NCBI GenBank assembly: GCA_037131245.1
Contig: JBAXRK010000002.1
Location: 116,227 to 180,226 of the forward strand
DNA from: Candidatus Omnitrophota bacterium
Lineage (GTDB): Bacteria; Omnitrophota; Gorgyraeia; Zapsychrales; Fredricksoniimonadaceae
DNA length: 64,000 nt
Direction: 5' to 3'
Below, piece after piece: positions 34,547-44,680 of the stretch (positions are counted from its first letter, which is position 1; every line of letters starts with the position of its first letter). The position numbers were made by a program, and so were the translations under genes. Under the pieces are notes generated by a model that did not search any database, had not been told where the DNA came from, and saw only the letters and a program-made list of their open reading frames with translations.

Positions 34547-35260
34547 GTGAAGGGTTATCTTCAAACATTCATTTTCGCGTTTATCGTCTGTATCGTCTGC
34601 AGCGTGATGCTGTCAGCGTTCTACGAAGGCCTGCGCCCGAAGATCGAGATCAATGCCGAGGTCGAGGTGAAGCGCAATATTCTTAAGGCCGTGCGCCTGA
34701 GGCAGCCGCTTCCCGCGAGCCTGAAGGATCAGCAATACCTTGATATTTACAAGCAGAAGATCGTGGAAGAGGTGATCGACGTCAAGGGAAACGTGGTTCC
34801 GGGCAAAATGCCGATGGATATCAAGGAAGGTGAGAAGGGGCTTTATCCCCTGTACATTTATAAAGAAGGCCAGGAGATTATTGCGTACGCCTATCCGATC
34901 TCCGGTTTCGGACTCTGGTCAACGCTTTATGGTTATCTGGCGATCGAGCCTGATGCTGTTACGGTGCGCGGCATTACCTTTTATAAGGAAGGCGAGACGC
35001 CTGGTTTAGGCGCCGAGATCGAGAAAGACTGGTTCCAGGATAATTTCAAAGGCAAGAAGATCTGGTCATCCAAAGAGCATAAGGTCATGCCGATCGCACT
35101 TGTTAAGGGTAAGGTAAAAGATTTTTATCAGGATGAACGCGCCGACCATTATGTGGACGGCATTACGGCGGCGACCCTCACCGGTAAAGGCGTGACCGCC
35201 CTGCTTTCGAACATGATCAATATTTACGAACCTTTTTTCAGTAAACTCAGGAAGATCTAG
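34547..35260 (+). CDS. nqrC: Na+-NQR subunit C
   Basis: N-terminal TM helix, GLWS..YGYLA, and the VDGITAATLTG FMN-attachment motif (S/TGAT-like). GTG start. Confidence 0.85.
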   Translation: MKGYLQTFIFAFIVCIVCSVMLSAFYEGLRPKIEINAEVEVKRNILKAVRLRQPLPASLKDQQYLDIYKQKIVEEVIDVKGNVVPGKMPMDIKEGEKGLYPLYIYKEGQEIIAYAYPISGFGLWSTLYGYLAIEPDAVTVRGITFYKEGETPGLGAEIEKDWFQDNFKGKKIWSSKEHKVMPIALVKGKVKDFYQDERADHYVDGITAATLTGKGVTALLSNMINIYEPFFSKLRKI

Positions 35261-35271
35261 AGGCAAAATTT

Positions 35272-35940
35272 ATGTCCGCGACCCCCGCTTCCAATACGCC
35301 TGCCGCTAAAGAGGCGCTGTTCAGCCGAGGTAATCAAAAGATCCTCAGGGACGGCCTCTGGGATAATAACCCGATCAGTTATCAGGTCATGGGTATTTGT
35401 TCGGCGTTGGCGGTAACCACGGCGGTCAACACGTCGGTGGTCATGTCGCTGGGCCTTGTTGCCGTATTGGGGCTGTCGGAGGCGATCATCGGTTCCATCA
35501 GGAATTATATTCCACCGCGGATCCGTATTATTGTTCAGCTGGCGGTCGTATCCGCGTTCGTTATTACGCTCGACTTGATCCTTAAGGCATATTTTTATTC
35601 CGTGTCAAAACAGCTCAGCGTTTTCGTGGGGCTGATCATCACTAACACGCTGGTCATGGCGCGGCTGGAAGCGTTCTCCATGCATAATCCGCCGTGGAAA
35701 TCTTTCCTGGATGGCATCGGCAACGGCGCGGGCTACGGGTTGGCGCTGACGGCGGTGGCGGTTATTCGCGAGATCCTGGGGTCCGGCACGCTCTTGGGGT
35801 ATCACGTGATCCCGGCGTCCTGGTACGCTCACGGGTTCGTCAATAACGGCTTGATGGTGCTGTCGCCGGGGGCGTTCTTTGTGCTGGGGCTTATTGTTTG
35901 GACCCACCGGTCGATCGCCGGTTATGTCGAGGGCAAGTAA
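35272..35940 (+). CDS. nqrD: Na+-NQR subunit D
   Basis: LWDNNPISYQVMGICSALAVT is typical of NqrD/RnfE. Confidence 0.9.
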   Translation: MSATPASNTPAAKEALFSRGNQKILRDGLWDNNPISYQVMGICSALAVTTAVNTSVVMSLGLVAVLGLSEAIIGSIRNYIPPRIRIIVQLAVVSAFVITLDLILKAYFYSVSKQLSVFVGLIITNTLVMARLEAFSMHNPPWKSFLDGIGNGAGYGLALTAVAVIREILGSGTLLGYHVIPASWYAHGFVNNGLMVLSPGAFFVLGLIVWTHRSIAGYVEGK

Positions 35941-36549
35941 ATGATACATTATATCGACCTTCTGGTTAAAAGCATTTTCATTGAGAACATCCTGCTGATC
36001 TATTTTCTGGGGATGTGCTCCTTCCTGGGCTGTTCCAAAAGGACGGACGCGGCTATCGGTATGGGCTGGGCGGTCATTTTTATTTCCACTGTTTGCACGC
36101 CGACCTGCTGGGCGGTGAAGCATTTCTTCCTGCGCAAGGGGGGGCTCGCCTGGGCGGGGATACCGAATCTGGATTTAACCTTCCTGATCTTTATCATGTT
36201 TATTGCTGTTATCGCGGCGGTCACGCAGCTTACCGAAATGATCGTCGAGAAAGTCAGCCCGCCTTTGTACAACAAGCTTGGTATTTTCCTGCCGCTGATC
36301 GCGGTCAATTGCGCGATCCTGGGGGCGTCGTTCTTTATGGATCAGCGTAATTACACGTTGGCGGAGTCAGTGGTCTTCGGGTTTGGGTCTGGCACCGGCT
36401 GGGCGCTGGCTATTGTGGCATTGTCGACGATCCGTAAGAAGCTTGGTTATTCCAATATCCCCGGTTCTTTGCGGGGCGGTGGCATTGCCATGATCATCAC
36501 GGGGCTGATGGCGATGGGTTTCATGTGTTTCTCAGGGATAAATCTTTGA
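35941..36549 (+). CDS. nqrE: Na+-NQR subunit E
   Basis: FIENILLIYFLGMCSFLG and GIFLPLIAVNCAILG are typical of NqrE/RnfA. The start abuts the nqrD stop. Confidence 0.9.
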   Translation: MIHYIDLLVKSIFIENILLIYFLGMCSFLGCSKRTDAAIGMGWAVIFISTVCTPTCWAVKHFFLRKGGLAWAGIPNLDLTFLIFIMFIAVIAAVTQLTEMIVEKVSPPLYNKLGIFLPLIAVNCAILGASFFMDQRNYTLAESVVFGFGSGTGWALAIVALSTIRKKLGYSNIPGSLRGGGIAMIITGLMAMGFMCFSGINL

Positions 36550-36582
36550 TCCGGAACATCAACGCGGAATAATCCAAACTTT

Positions 36583-37815
36583 ATGTCCTTTCTTTTCTTC
36601 GTCCTGATCTGCACGGCTGTTTTTACGGGCATCATTCTTTTTCTGGTGGCGCTGCTCATGATCTTTGAGATCACGGTCGTCAAGCCCGGCCCCTGCGACC
36701 TGAGGCTCAACGACTCGAAGGACCCTATCCGTGTTTCGACCGGCGACAACCTGCTTAAAGTGCTCGCGCACGAGAACATCTTTCTGCCGGCGGCCTGCGG
36801 CGGCGAGGGCAAGTGCGGGATGTGCAAATGCCAGGTCCCCGAGGGCGGTGGTGAGCCCTTGCTCACTGAAGTAGGGCATTTAAGCCGTGACCAGAAAAAG
36901 CACCATTACCGGTTGGCTTGCCAGGTGAAGATCAGGGGCGACATCAGCGTTCATGTCCCTGAAGAGGTCTTTAATATCAAGAAGTACGATTGTACCGTGC
37001 GCTCCAATAATAGCGTGGCCACGTTCATCAAGGAACTGGTGCTCGAACTTCCGGCGGGGCAGGCACTCAACTTCAAGGCCGGCGGGTATATTCAGATCGA
37101 CATCCCGCGGTACAATGTGCTGTTCAAGGATTTTATTATCCCCGAGCGGTTTCGCCCGGATTGGGATAAGTTCAAATTATGGGGCCTTAAGAGCAAGAAT
37201 GAGGATCCTATCTTTCGCGCTTATTCCATGGCGAGCCATCCGGCTGAAGGCAATATCGTGATGCTTAACGTGCGCATCGCGACGCCTCCGCCGGGTAAGA
37301 TGACCTTGCCGCCGGGCAAGTCGTCGTCGTTCATTTTCAACCTTAAGGCCGGCGATAAAGTGACCATCAGCGGCCCGTACGGCGAGTTCTTCATCAAGGA
37401 GGACAGCAACCGGGAGATGATCTATATTGGCGGCGGCGCGGGCATGGCGCCCATGAGGAGCCACCTGTTCCATTTGTTCCATACCATGAGGACCAATCGC
37501 AAGGTGAGTTTCTGGTACGGCGCGCGCTCGAAGCGCGAAATGTTCTATACCGACGATTTTACTAATATTGAAAAGGAGTTCCCGAACTTCAAATACAATG
37601 TGGCTCTGTCGGATGCCCTGCCGGAAGATAATTGGACGGGGATGAAGGGCTTCATCCATAATGCGCTTTACGAGAATTACCTCAAGAACCATCCGGAGCC
37701 GGAAGAGTGCGAGTATTACCTGTGCGGCCCGCCGATGATGATCTCGGCGGTCACCAAAATGCTCGATTCCCTGGGCGTTCCCAAGAAAATGATCGCCTTC
37801 GACAGTTTTGGATAA
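36583..37815 (+). CDS. nqrF: Na+-NQR subunit F (2Fe-2S ferredoxin + FAD/NADH domain)
   Basis: N-terminal TM helix, [12 protein letters not shown] ferredoxin cysteines, RAYSMAS FAD motif, and [14 protein letters not shown] motif. Confidence 0.9.
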   Translation: MSFLFFVLICTAVFTGIILFLVALLMIFEITVVKPGPCDLRLNDSKDPIRVSTGDNLLKVLAHENIFLPAACGGEGKCGMCKCQVPEGGGEPLLTEVGHLSRDQKKHHYRLACQVKIRGDISVHVPEEVFNIKKYDCTVRSNNSVATFIKELVLELPAGQALNFKAGGYIQIDIPRYNVLFKDFIIPERFRPDWDKFKLWGLKSKNEDPIFRAYSMASHPAEGNIVMLNVRIATPPPGKMTLPPGKSSSFIFNLKAGDKVTISGPYGEFFIKEDSNREMIYIGGGAGMAPMRSHLFHLFHTMRTNRKVSFWYGARSKREMFYTDDFTNIEKEFPNFKYNVALSDALPEDNWTGMKGFIHNALYENYLKNHPEPEECEYYLCGPPMMISAVTKMLDSLGVPKKMIAFDSFG

Positions 37816-37836
37816 AAAGCAGTTTCAGATCAAGAG

Positions 37837-37861
37837 CCCGGCGTTAAGCCGGGTTTCTTGT
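37837..37861 (+). terminator. Hairpin plus T-rich tract after nqrF
   Basis: CCCGGC-GTTAA-GCCGGG followed by TTTCTTGTTT. Confidence 0.5.
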
Positions 37862-38026
37862 TTATGCGCTGCAGTCTTTGGAGCAGTCTTCTTTTTTGCA
37901 GCAGGCGCTTTCGTTAAGCGTGTTGGAGCAACCGCATCCCCGGAACGTTTTCTTGGTGATGATGACGCCCACGCCGACCAGCGCGAAGAAAGCCATGAAG
38001 ACGATTAAAGTCCCTAAGAATGTCAT
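37862..38026 (-). CDS. nqrM: NqrM-like (DUF539-like) small membrane protein with a Cys-rich tail
   Basis: MTFLGTLIVFMAFFALVGVGVIITKK (one TM helix) followed by FRGCGCSNTLNESACCKKEDCSKDCSA. This architecture is like the Na+-NQR maturation factor NqrM, and the gene sits between nqrF and apbE. The track start 38044 is a TTG. Confidence 0.45.
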   Translation of the reverse strand: MTFLGTLIVFMAFFALVGVGVIITKKTFRGCGCSNTLNESACCKKEDCSKDCSA

Positions 38027-38090
38027 AAAGAAAGTATAATCCAAATATGTTAAACATCAATTACCGTTTCAGCCTTTATCAGGCCTTTCA

Positions 38091-39119
38091 ATGATTAGTA
38101 GGCTTATCCCGGTTTTCATGACACTTTTGCTGGCGCTTTCGGGTTGTTACGACCCTGGCCGCGTGCCGCTTAAGAAATTCACCAAAAGCGGCGAATTCTT
38201 CAGCAGTGTGGTGCGCGTGGATGTTTGTTATGCCACGGGGCAGGAAGAGGCCCTCAACCAGGCCGTGGACGAGATCTGGGCCCGTCTGGCCGATATCCAC
38301 TGGCGTTTGAGCGTTTATGATCCACAAAGCGACATGAACCGCATCAATCACTCTTATCCCGACCCGGTGACGGTGGGCGCGGACACCTGGATGATCATCA
38401 AGGATTCGACCTATTACAACCGGATATCGCTGGGGCAGTTTGATATCACGATCTATCCGATGCTGAAATTGTGGAAAGAAAGCGAGAAACGCGGTTCCTT
38501 ACCGACAGCTGAGGAGATCCGTCACGTTCAGCAGTTGATCGGTACGGATAAATTCGAGCTATTGCCCAGGAACCAGGTGCGCCTGCTCAACCCCGGGGCC
38601 AGCCTGACGATCGATAGCGTCGCCGACGGTTATGCCGGGGATGAAGCCGCGCGGATCCTGCGCGCGCATGGGCTGTCGAATTTTCTGGTGGATACGACGG
38701 GCGAGCTTTATGCCGGCGGCGCAAATTGCGAAGGCCGGCCCTGGCATGTGGGCGTGAAAGACCCGCAGGACCCGACGGGAAACAGCCTCGCGGGGGTGCT
38801 CGCGCTCAAGGATACGTCGGTTACGACCTCCGGTAATTACGAGCATTTTTATACGATCGGCGGCAAAAGGTATTCGCATATCATCAGCCCGACGACGGGT
38901 TTTCCGCGCAATGAGATCGTGAGCGTGACCGTGGTCGCGCCGAGCACGGAATTCTCGGACTTCTGGACGACGGCTTTGTGCCTGATCGATCCCGATAAAG
39001 GCATTGAGCTTATCAATGCCCTTGGGCCCGGTTATGCCAGCCTGGTAATGGTCGATGACGGGAAGGGCCAGTTGATCAAGAAAACCAGCCGTTATTACGG
39101 CCGATATCTGGCACCCTAG
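38091..39119 (+). CDS. apbE: FAD:protein FMN transferase ApbE (lipoprotein)
   Basis: Lipobox LLALSGC. Motifs SVADGYAGDEAA, TSGNYEHFY and HIISPTTG are typical of ApbE. Confidence 0.85.
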   Translation: MISRLIPVFMTLLLALSGCYDPGRVPLKKFTKSGEFFSSVVRVDVCYATGQEEALNQAVDEIWARLADIHWRLSVYDPQSDMNRINHSYPDPVTVGADTWMIIKDSTYYNRISLGQFDITIYPMLKLWKESEKRGSLPTAEEIRHVQQLIGTDKFELLPRNQVRLLNPGASLTIDSVADGYAGDEAARILRAHGLSNFLVDTTGELYAGGANCEGRPWHVGVKDPQDPTGNSLAGVLALKDTSVTTSGNYEHFYTIGGKRYSHIISPTTGFPRNEIVSVTVVAPSTEFSDFWTTALCLIDPDKGIELINALGPGYASLVMVDDGKGQLIKKTSRYYGRYLAP

Positions 39120-39166
39120 ATGGTTGCCGGGTGGTAGAATGTTTAAGGCCAACAACGAGGTGAACT

Positions 39167-39628
39167 ATGTATTTCTTTGCTTACGGCGTGAACATGAGCC
39201 ATTCCCACCTGTTCGCCCTTTGCCCGGGTGCCAAATTCATCGGGGAAGGGGAGCTTTCGGATTATCTGCTGATCTTTGACGGGTTTTCGCCGGATTATCG
39301 CGGATCGGTGGTCAACCTCGAGCAGTCGCATGATGACGCGGTTTGTGGAGGGATCTTCGATATCAGTGAGGGGCATTTGAAGGCCATGGATGACGACCAT
39401 GGTTATCCCCGGCACAGTGAGCGTTCATTGATGGAGATCCGCCGGCCGGGTGATCAGCCGCGCCTTAAGGCCTGGGTCTATCACCATGAGCCCCTGGCCG
39501 ACGGCATGCCTTCCCATGAATATCTGGACCTGATGATCAAAGGGGCTCGCGAATGCAACCTGCCTGAGGAGTACATCAAGGATTCGATCGAAATTTACCG
39601 CCGCGCCTCCGACCGCAACAAGCATTAA
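39167..39628 (+). CDS. Gamma-glutamylcyclotransferase (AIG2/GGCT-like) family protein
   Basis: MYFFAYGVNMSHSHL... matches the N-terminal YGSNM-type motif. GAGGTG SD. Confidence 0.65.
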   Translation: MYFFAYGVNMSHSHLFALCPGAKFIGEGELSDYLLIFDGFSPDYRGSVVNLEQSHDDAVCGGIFDISEGHLKAMDDDHGYPRHSERSLMEIRRPGDQPRLKAWVYHHEPLADGMPSHEYLDLMIKGARECNLPEEYIKDSIEIYRRASDRNKH

Positions 39629-39641
39629 AGGTGCTGGGCGC

Positions 39642-40346
39642 TTATTTCCAGACGAACATTTCGCGGATGACCTGGTACATGAACACCGCGCCCCAGCGCC
39701 AGATCTGAAGTTTGCGTTCGCCGCCGATGCGAGCCGGTTCGTCGCCAGGGATTTCGGCGATCTTGAGCTTGCGCTTGGCCGCGCGGATCGAGAGCAGGGG
39801 CTCCCAACTGACGTTCGTGCTAAACAGTTTTTCTTCCTTCTCAAAACTGCTGTCCTTATCCAGGTCCAATTCCTGAATTAAATCTTTGCGGTAGGCGCGG
39901 TAAATGACCATCGGGTCATGGTACTTGTGGCCGAAGCAGATGCTGATGAGCGTGCGGAACAGCCAGTTGCCAAAGCCGGTGATGATATCATCGTCGAGGC
40001 TTTTCGCTCCCGGCGCGTAGCGGGAGACGATCACCATGTCATTGCCTTCCTTCATCTTCTCGATACAGGCGGGGATCAGCTCCGAGACAGAATTTCCGTC
40101 GGGGCTAAACGTCAATATCACATCGCCCTTCATGTAGGGCAGGGCTTCCATGTAGGCGTTGCGCATGCCCTTCTTTTTCTGCACCACGTATTCGTAGCCG
40201 TTCTCCTTGAGGTATTCGATCGTGCCGTCCGTCGACTGCCCGTCAATAAAGAGGATCTGGTCGACCCATTCTTTCTTGATCTGGGGCATGATGGCTTTCA
40301 TACCGACGACTTCATTGAGGACCGGAATAACAAGCGTGACTTTCAT
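39642..40346 (-). CDS. Family 2 glycosyltransferase (polyprenol-phosphate sugar synthase-like)
   Basis: MKVTLVIPVLNEVVG...ILFIDGQSTDGT...FSPDGN motifs of GT2/DPM1-like enzymes. Confidence 0.8.
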   Translation of the reverse strand: MKVTLVIPVLNEVVGMKAIMPQIKKEWVDQILFIDGQSTDGTIEYLKENGYEYVVQKKKGMRNAYMEALPYMKGDVILTFSPDGNSVSELIPACIEKMKEGNDMVIVSRYAPGAKSLDDDIITGFGNWLFRTLISICFGHKYHDPMVIYRAYRKDLIQELDLDKDSSFEKEEKLFSTNVSWEPLLSIRAAKRKLKIAEIPGDEPARIGGERKLQIWRWGAVFMYQVIREMFVWK

Positions 40347-40411
40347 TGGTTCTTCCTTTGGCTGTTCTTTCTACTGATAGAGCTAGTATGAAATTATAGG
40401 CGTAAGCGCAT

Positions 40412-40472
40412 TATTGTCAAGCGGCACGGCGTGAAAATAAACCCTTGACAATGTCTGTGCGCATGTTATATT
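40412..40472 (+). promoter_or_regulatory. Promoter of the Rrf2-led sulfur operon with a flanking 9-bp inverted repeat
   Basis: TTGACA (40445-40450), 16-nt spacer, TATATT (40467-40472). ATTGTCAAG (40412-40420) and CTTGACAAT (40444-40452) are perfect reverse complements 23 nt apart, and the second overlaps the -35. Confidence 0.45.
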
Positions 40473-40506
40473 TACTACCAAGTTGCTAGTCAATGTGGAG
40501 AATATA

Positions 40507-40944
40507 ATGAAGCTATCGACCAAAGTCAGATACAGTGTGCGTTTAATGATCGACCTGGCCATTTATGGCGCCAAAGGCTCAGTCCTGCTTAGGGATATAG
40601 CAAAAAGGCAGGAGATCTCTGAAAAGTACCTTGGGCATTTAGTTCCTTTGCTTAAAAGCGCTGGACTGCTTAATGCCACCAGAGGTGCGAATGGCGGGTT
40701 TGTCCTGATCGGTGATCCTTCGGTCATTACGCTGAAGGATATTATAGAAGCGGTGGAAGGTCCGATATGCCTGGTGGGCTGTTCCCATGATCCTGAACGA
40801 TGTAAAAAGACCGGGGTGTGTGCTTCTCAAGATTTTTGGGGAGAGGCGACCAATGGATTGGCCAAAATATTCGCGTCATTTACGTTGGCCAACCTTGCGC
40901 AGCGGCAGATGAGTCAGGATGATGGGTTAAGTTACGTTATATAA
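40507..40944 (+). CDS. Rrf2-family transcriptional regulator (IscR/CymR-like) with three clustered Cys
   Basis: MKLSTKVRYSVRLMIDLA...LLRDIAKRQEISEKYLGHLVPLLKSAGLL..TRGANGGF. Cysteines are arranged C-x4-C-x12-C (CLVGCSHDPERCKKTGVC). Confidence 0.85.
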   Translation: MKLSTKVRYSVRLMIDLAIYGAKGSVLLRDIAKRQEISEKYLGHLVPLLKSAGLLNATRGANGGFVLIGDPSVITLKDIIEAVEGPICLVGCSHDPERCKKTGVCASQDFWGEATNGLAKIFASFTLANLAQRQMSQDDGLSYVI

Positions 40945-40964
40945 GGGAAGAGCCGGGGGCATAT

Positions 40965-41159
40965 ATGAGTTCAGGGAAGAATATTCAGGGATCGATATTA
41001 AATGACGCGATTATTAAGGATGTTCGTGACGCTGTCGCGGGGTTGGATTTTGGTACCGTTTTGATCAAGGTGCATGGAGCAAAGATCATTCAGATCGAGG
41101 TCACATCCCGGCTTCGATTTGACGATGCGTGGAAACTGGAAGGAGGTGCGGGGATATAG
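40965..41159 (+). CDS. YezD-family small protein (DUF2292)
   Basis: GLDFGTVLIKVHGAKIIQIEVTSRLRF resembles the YezD core. This family is commonly next to sulfur-metabolism genes. Confidence 0.6.
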   Translation: MSSGKNIQGSILNDAIIKDVRDAVAGLDFGTVLIKVHGAKIIQIEVTSRLRFDDAWKLEGGAGI

Positions 41160-41287
41160 GAGGCTGGTTTGACATGTCGCAGGCGCCCAACCGTCATCGG
41201 TGACGCTTATCAAAATATAAAATAAAATTTTTGAACGATCAACTGGTCATCCGGAGGTCTTCAGAGTGAGAAAAAGGATAGGAAACA

Positions 41288-42634
41288 ATGAAGACTTTAG
41301 GAACAGTTTTACTGGCGCTGGCTATTTTGGCGGGCGGCAGCGGGGTAAGGGTTTACGCGGATACTTCAGTATCGACAGAAGATCGGTTGAAGTTACTGGA
41401 ACAGGAAGTGGCCATCTTGAAACGTCAGATCGAGGTTGATAAAGAGGAGGCGGCCAAAAAGGCGCCTAATCTTCCTATTGTCACGGCAAGTGCCAAGGAT
41501 GGTTTTTCGATCAAGGCGCCTGATGACAGTTATAAATTAAAGCTCAGCGGCTATGTTCAGGCTGATGCCAGGATCTTCCCGGATAACAAGAAAGATACCG
41601 GGACAACGGATACGTTCACGACGCGCACGGTTCGTTTGGTAGCTTCAGGAACGGTGGCGAATAACTTCGATTATTACATTGCCCCCGAGTTCGCGGGCAG
41701 TACCGTCAATTTGCCTGATGCTTACCTTGACTGGCGCCTGGATCCGGCGTTCAAGATCCGTACCGGTAAGTTTAAAGCGCCATTTGGCTACGAAAGACTG
41801 CAGTCAACGCCGGCCTCGACGTTCGCCGAACCGGCACTGGTCGAGAATCTTGCGCCGAATCGGGATTCGGGCATTCAGTTGTATGGTGACCTTTTGGCCA
41901 ATACGGTCAGCTATGCGGTGGCGCTCACGAATGGCGTGACTGACGGAGGCACGAGCATCACGGATACGAATAATGATAAAGAGATCGGCGCGCGCCTTTT
42001 TGCCCAGCCGTTCCGGAATTCGAATGTGCTGGCGCTTCGCGGGTTAGGTGTTGGTGGTGCGGTGTCTTATGGCCATCGGGAAGATACAACGCTCCCGACG
42101 TATAAAACGGCCGGGCAGACCACGTTTTTCACGCTGGCGGGAACGACCTTCGATGGTCCGCAGTTGCGTTACGCGCCTCAGGTCGCGTATTATTACAATT
42201 CGCTGGGCTTATACGGGGAATATATCGCTTCTCAGGCGAAGTTGACCAAGACGGCGAAAAGGCAGGATATCAGGAACGACGGTTGGGTGGCCGCGGCTTC
42301 TTATGTTGTTACCGGGGAAGACGCGTCTTACAAGGGCATTGTGCCGTTACATCCGTTCAGTTTGAAAGACGGCGGTTGGGGAGCGGTTGAGCTGACCGGG
42401 CGTTATAGCACGCTGGATCTTGACAATAAGCTCTTTGATTCCACATTGACGTCGAATGTGATAACATCATCTCCTACGGAGGCCAGGGCTTGGACGGCCG
42501 GCGTTAACTGGTATCTTACCGGCAATACCAAGCTGGTCTTCAACTGGGAGCAGACAAATTATAAGGGCGGGGCGGTGGGCGGAAATCGTCTGACTGAGAA
42601 TCTTCTTTTAACCCGTTTTCAATTGAGTTTCTAA
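41288..42634 (+). CDS. Anion-selective porin, OprO/OprP (porin O_P) family-like
   Basis: Signal peptide, an N-terminal coiled coil (EDRLKLLEQEVAILKRQIE), LSGYVQADARIF, and a terminal ...LLLTRFQLSF. Confidence 0.65.
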   Translation: MKTLGTVLLALAILAGGSGVRVYADTSVSTEDRLKLLEQEVAILKRQIEVDKEEAAKKAPNLPIVTASAKDGFSIKAPDDSYKLKLSGYVQADARIFPDNKKDTGTTDTFTTRTVRLVASGTVANNFDYYIAPEFAGSTVNLPDAYLDWRLDPAFKIRTGKFKAPFGYERLQSTPASTFAEPALVENLAPNRDSGIQLYGDLLANTVSYAVALTNGVTDGGTSITDTNNDKEIGARLFAQPFRNSNVLALRGLGVGGAVSYGHREDTTLPTYKTAGQTTFFTLAGTTFDGPQLRYAPQVAYYYNSLGLYGEYIASQAKLTKTAKRQDIRNDGWVAAASYVVTGEDASYKGIVPLHPFSLKDGGWGAVELTGRYSTLDLDNKLFDSTLTSNVITSSPTEARAWTAGVNWYLTGNTKLVFNWEQTNYKGGAVGGNRLTENLLLTRFQLSF

Positions 42635-42653
42635 TTAAAGAAAGGCTGATATC

Positions 42654-43658
42654 ATGAAGAGCATTTATCGTTATATTTCAGTGATCGTTCTGGGCCTATT
42701 GTTGGCTGTGCCGGCATTGGCCGCGGATAAGATCACGTTGTTGAATGTGTCCTATGATCCAACGCGTGAGCTTTACCAAGCGTTCAATAAGACGTTCAGT
42801 GATCATTGGCAGGCTACGGCGGGGAAGCCCGTTGAGGTCAATCAGTCCCATGGCGGCAGCGGCAAGCAGGCGCGTGCTGTTATCGACGGGTTAGAAGCGG
42901 ATGTGGTGACGCTCGCGCTGGCGTATGATATTGACGCGATCGCCGAGAAGACCAGTTTGCTTCCGAAGAACTGGCAGACCCGTTTACCGGATAACAGTTC
43001 TCCTTATACCTCGACCATCGTGTTCGTGGTCCGTAAGGGGAATCCCAAAGGGATCAAGGATTGGGATGATCTGGCCAAACCGGGCATTTCAGTCATTACG
43101 CCCAACCCGAAAACATCGGGCGGCGCGCGCTGGAATTTCCTGGGGGCGTGGGGTTACGCGCTGGCTAAGGGCAACACGGATGAGCAGGCGCTGGATTTTC
43201 TTAAAGCCATCTTCAAGAATGTCCCGGTGCTCGATTCCGGCGCCCGCGGGTCCACTACGACGTTCGTGGAACGTGGTATTGGCGATGTCCTTATTGCTTG
43301 GGAAAATGAAGCGTACCTGGTTGTCAAAGACCTCGGCAAGGGTGAGTTCGAGATCGTGACGCCTTCGCTAAGTATTCTTGCTGAGCCACCGGTTACTCTG
43401 GTCGACCGGAATGTTGAGCGTCATGGAACGCGGCAGGTCGCTGAGGAATACCTGAAGTATCTGTATACTGAAGAAGGCCAGGAGATCGCGGCGAAGAATT
43501 ATTATCGCCCGCGCCTGGAAAGCGTAGCGCAGAAGTACGCGTCACAATTTGCGTCAGTAAAGTTATTCACGATCGACGAAGTCTTTGGCGGTTGGCAGAA
43601 AGCGCAGAAACGCTTTTTCGCCGATAAAGGCGTTTTCGACCAGATCTACGCGAACTAA
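42654..43658 (+). CDS. sbp: Sulfate/thiosulfate ABC transporter substrate-binding protein
   Basis: [13 protein letters not shown]...[34 protein letters not shown]...[15 protein letters not shown] is a near-textbook Sbp/CysP sequence. Confidence 0.9.
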   Translation: MKSIYRYISVIVLGLLLAVPALAADKITLLNVSYDPTRELYQAFNKTFSDHWQATAGKPVEVNQSHGGSGKQARAVIDGLEADVVTLALAYDIDAIAEKTSLLPKNWQTRLPDNSSPYTSTIVFVVRKGNPKGIKDWDDLAKPGISVITPNPKTSGGARWNFLGAWGYALAKGNTDEQALDFLKAIFKNVPVLDSGARGSTTTFVERGIGDVLIAWENEAYLVVKDLGKGEFEIVTPSLSILAEPPVTLVDRNVERHGTRQVAEEYLKYLYTEEGQEIAAKNYYRPRLESVAQKYASQFASVKLFTIDEVFGGWQKAQKRFFADKGVFDQIYAN

Positions 43659-43672
43659 GTCATGGTGTTGAT

Positions 43673-44677
43673 GTGAGCATTGAAGTTAAAGGCGTTAGAA
43701 AAACATTCGGGTCGTTCGAGGCTCTTAAAGGCGTCGACCTGAAGATCGCAACCGGCGAGCTGGTCGCGCTCCTCGGGCCTTCGGGATCTGGGAAGACAAC
43801 ACTTCTTCGCATTATCTCGGGGCTCGAGAGCGCCGACGGCGGCGAGATCCTATTTCACGGTGAGGACGCACGGGCCAAGATGGTCAAGGACCGGCAGGTG
43901 GGTTTTGTTTTTCAGCATTACGCGTTGTTCCGTCATATGACGGTTTTTGATAATGTGGCTTTCGGCTTGCAGGTTAAGCCTCGGGCGGTGCGGCCGGAAA
44001 GGGCGAAGATCCGCAGCCGTGTTCACGAGTTGCTCAAGCTGGTGCAGCTTGATTGGGTGGCGGACCGTTATCCGGCTCAGCTTTCCGGCGGGCAGCGCCA
44101 GCGGATCGCCTTGGCGCGGGCGCTCGCGATCGAGCCCAGGGTTTTGTTGCTTGATGAACCGTTCGGGTCGCTGGATGCCAAGGTCCGCAAGGAGCTGCGA
44201 CAGTGGCTGCGGCGGTTCCATGACGATCTGCATATCACAACTTTATTCGTGACCCATGACCAGGAGGAAGCGCTGGAAGTGGCCGACCGGGTAGTGGTGA
44301 TGAATGAAGGCCGGATCGAGCAAGTAGGGACCCCGGAGGAAGTTTATCACCGGCCGGCTTCCGCGTTCGTCCTGAACTTTCTGGGGAATGTTAATTTGTT
44401 CCATAAACGCGTTGAGGGCGGCACGCAGGAAAAGATCTATGTGCGGCCGCATCAGCTATCGGTGACGCGGACGGCTCAAGGCGATAGCTCGGTCGCGACG
44501 GTGATCGTCTTTATCAATCCGGCGGGGTCGGTGGTGCGCCTTGAGGCGCGTTCCGTCACGGGACAGACGATCCAGGCCGAGATATCACAGGATGAATATG
44601 CCGCGTTGCGGCCGGTGAAGGGAGAAGAGGTCTTCCTGACCCCTAAAGAGGTGACTTACAGCGAGTACGAGATCTAA
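43673..44677 (+). CDS. cysA: Sulfate ABC transporter ATP-binding protein
   Basis: [57 protein letters not shown], and [26 protein letters not shown] start 14 nt after the sbp stop. Confidence 0.9.
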   Translation: MSIEVKGVRKTFGSFEALKGVDLKIATGELVALLGPSGSGKTTLLRIISGLESADGGEILFHGEDARAKMVKDRQVGFVFQHYALFRHMTVFDNVAFGLQVKPRAVRPERAKIRSRVHELLKLVQLDWVADRYPAQLSGGQRQRIALARALAIEPRVLLLDEPFGSLDAKVRKELRQWLRRFHDDLHITTLFVTHDQEEALEVADRVVVMNEGRIEQVGTPEEVYHRPASAFVLNFLGNVNLFHKRVEGGTQEKIYVRPHQLSVTRTAQGDSSVATVIVFINPAGSVVRLEARSVTGQTIQAEISQDEYAALRPVKGEEVFLTPKEVTYSEYEI

Positions 44678-44680
44678 TTT

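Noticed and set aside
37808-38008. 66-aa + strand ORF overlapping the nqrF stop
   Set aside because: The minus-strand reading is preferred because it gives a clean TM helix plus Cys-rich tail like NqrM. The + strand product overlaps nqrF and ends in an acidic low-complexity run. The choice remains uncertain.
38559-39155. 198-aa minus-strand ORF opposite apbE (and 45526..46131 opposite the PLP genes)
   Set aside because: The sense strands carry textbook ApbE and PLP-enzyme motifs. The antisense products are low-complexity Arg/Ala/Gly-rich.
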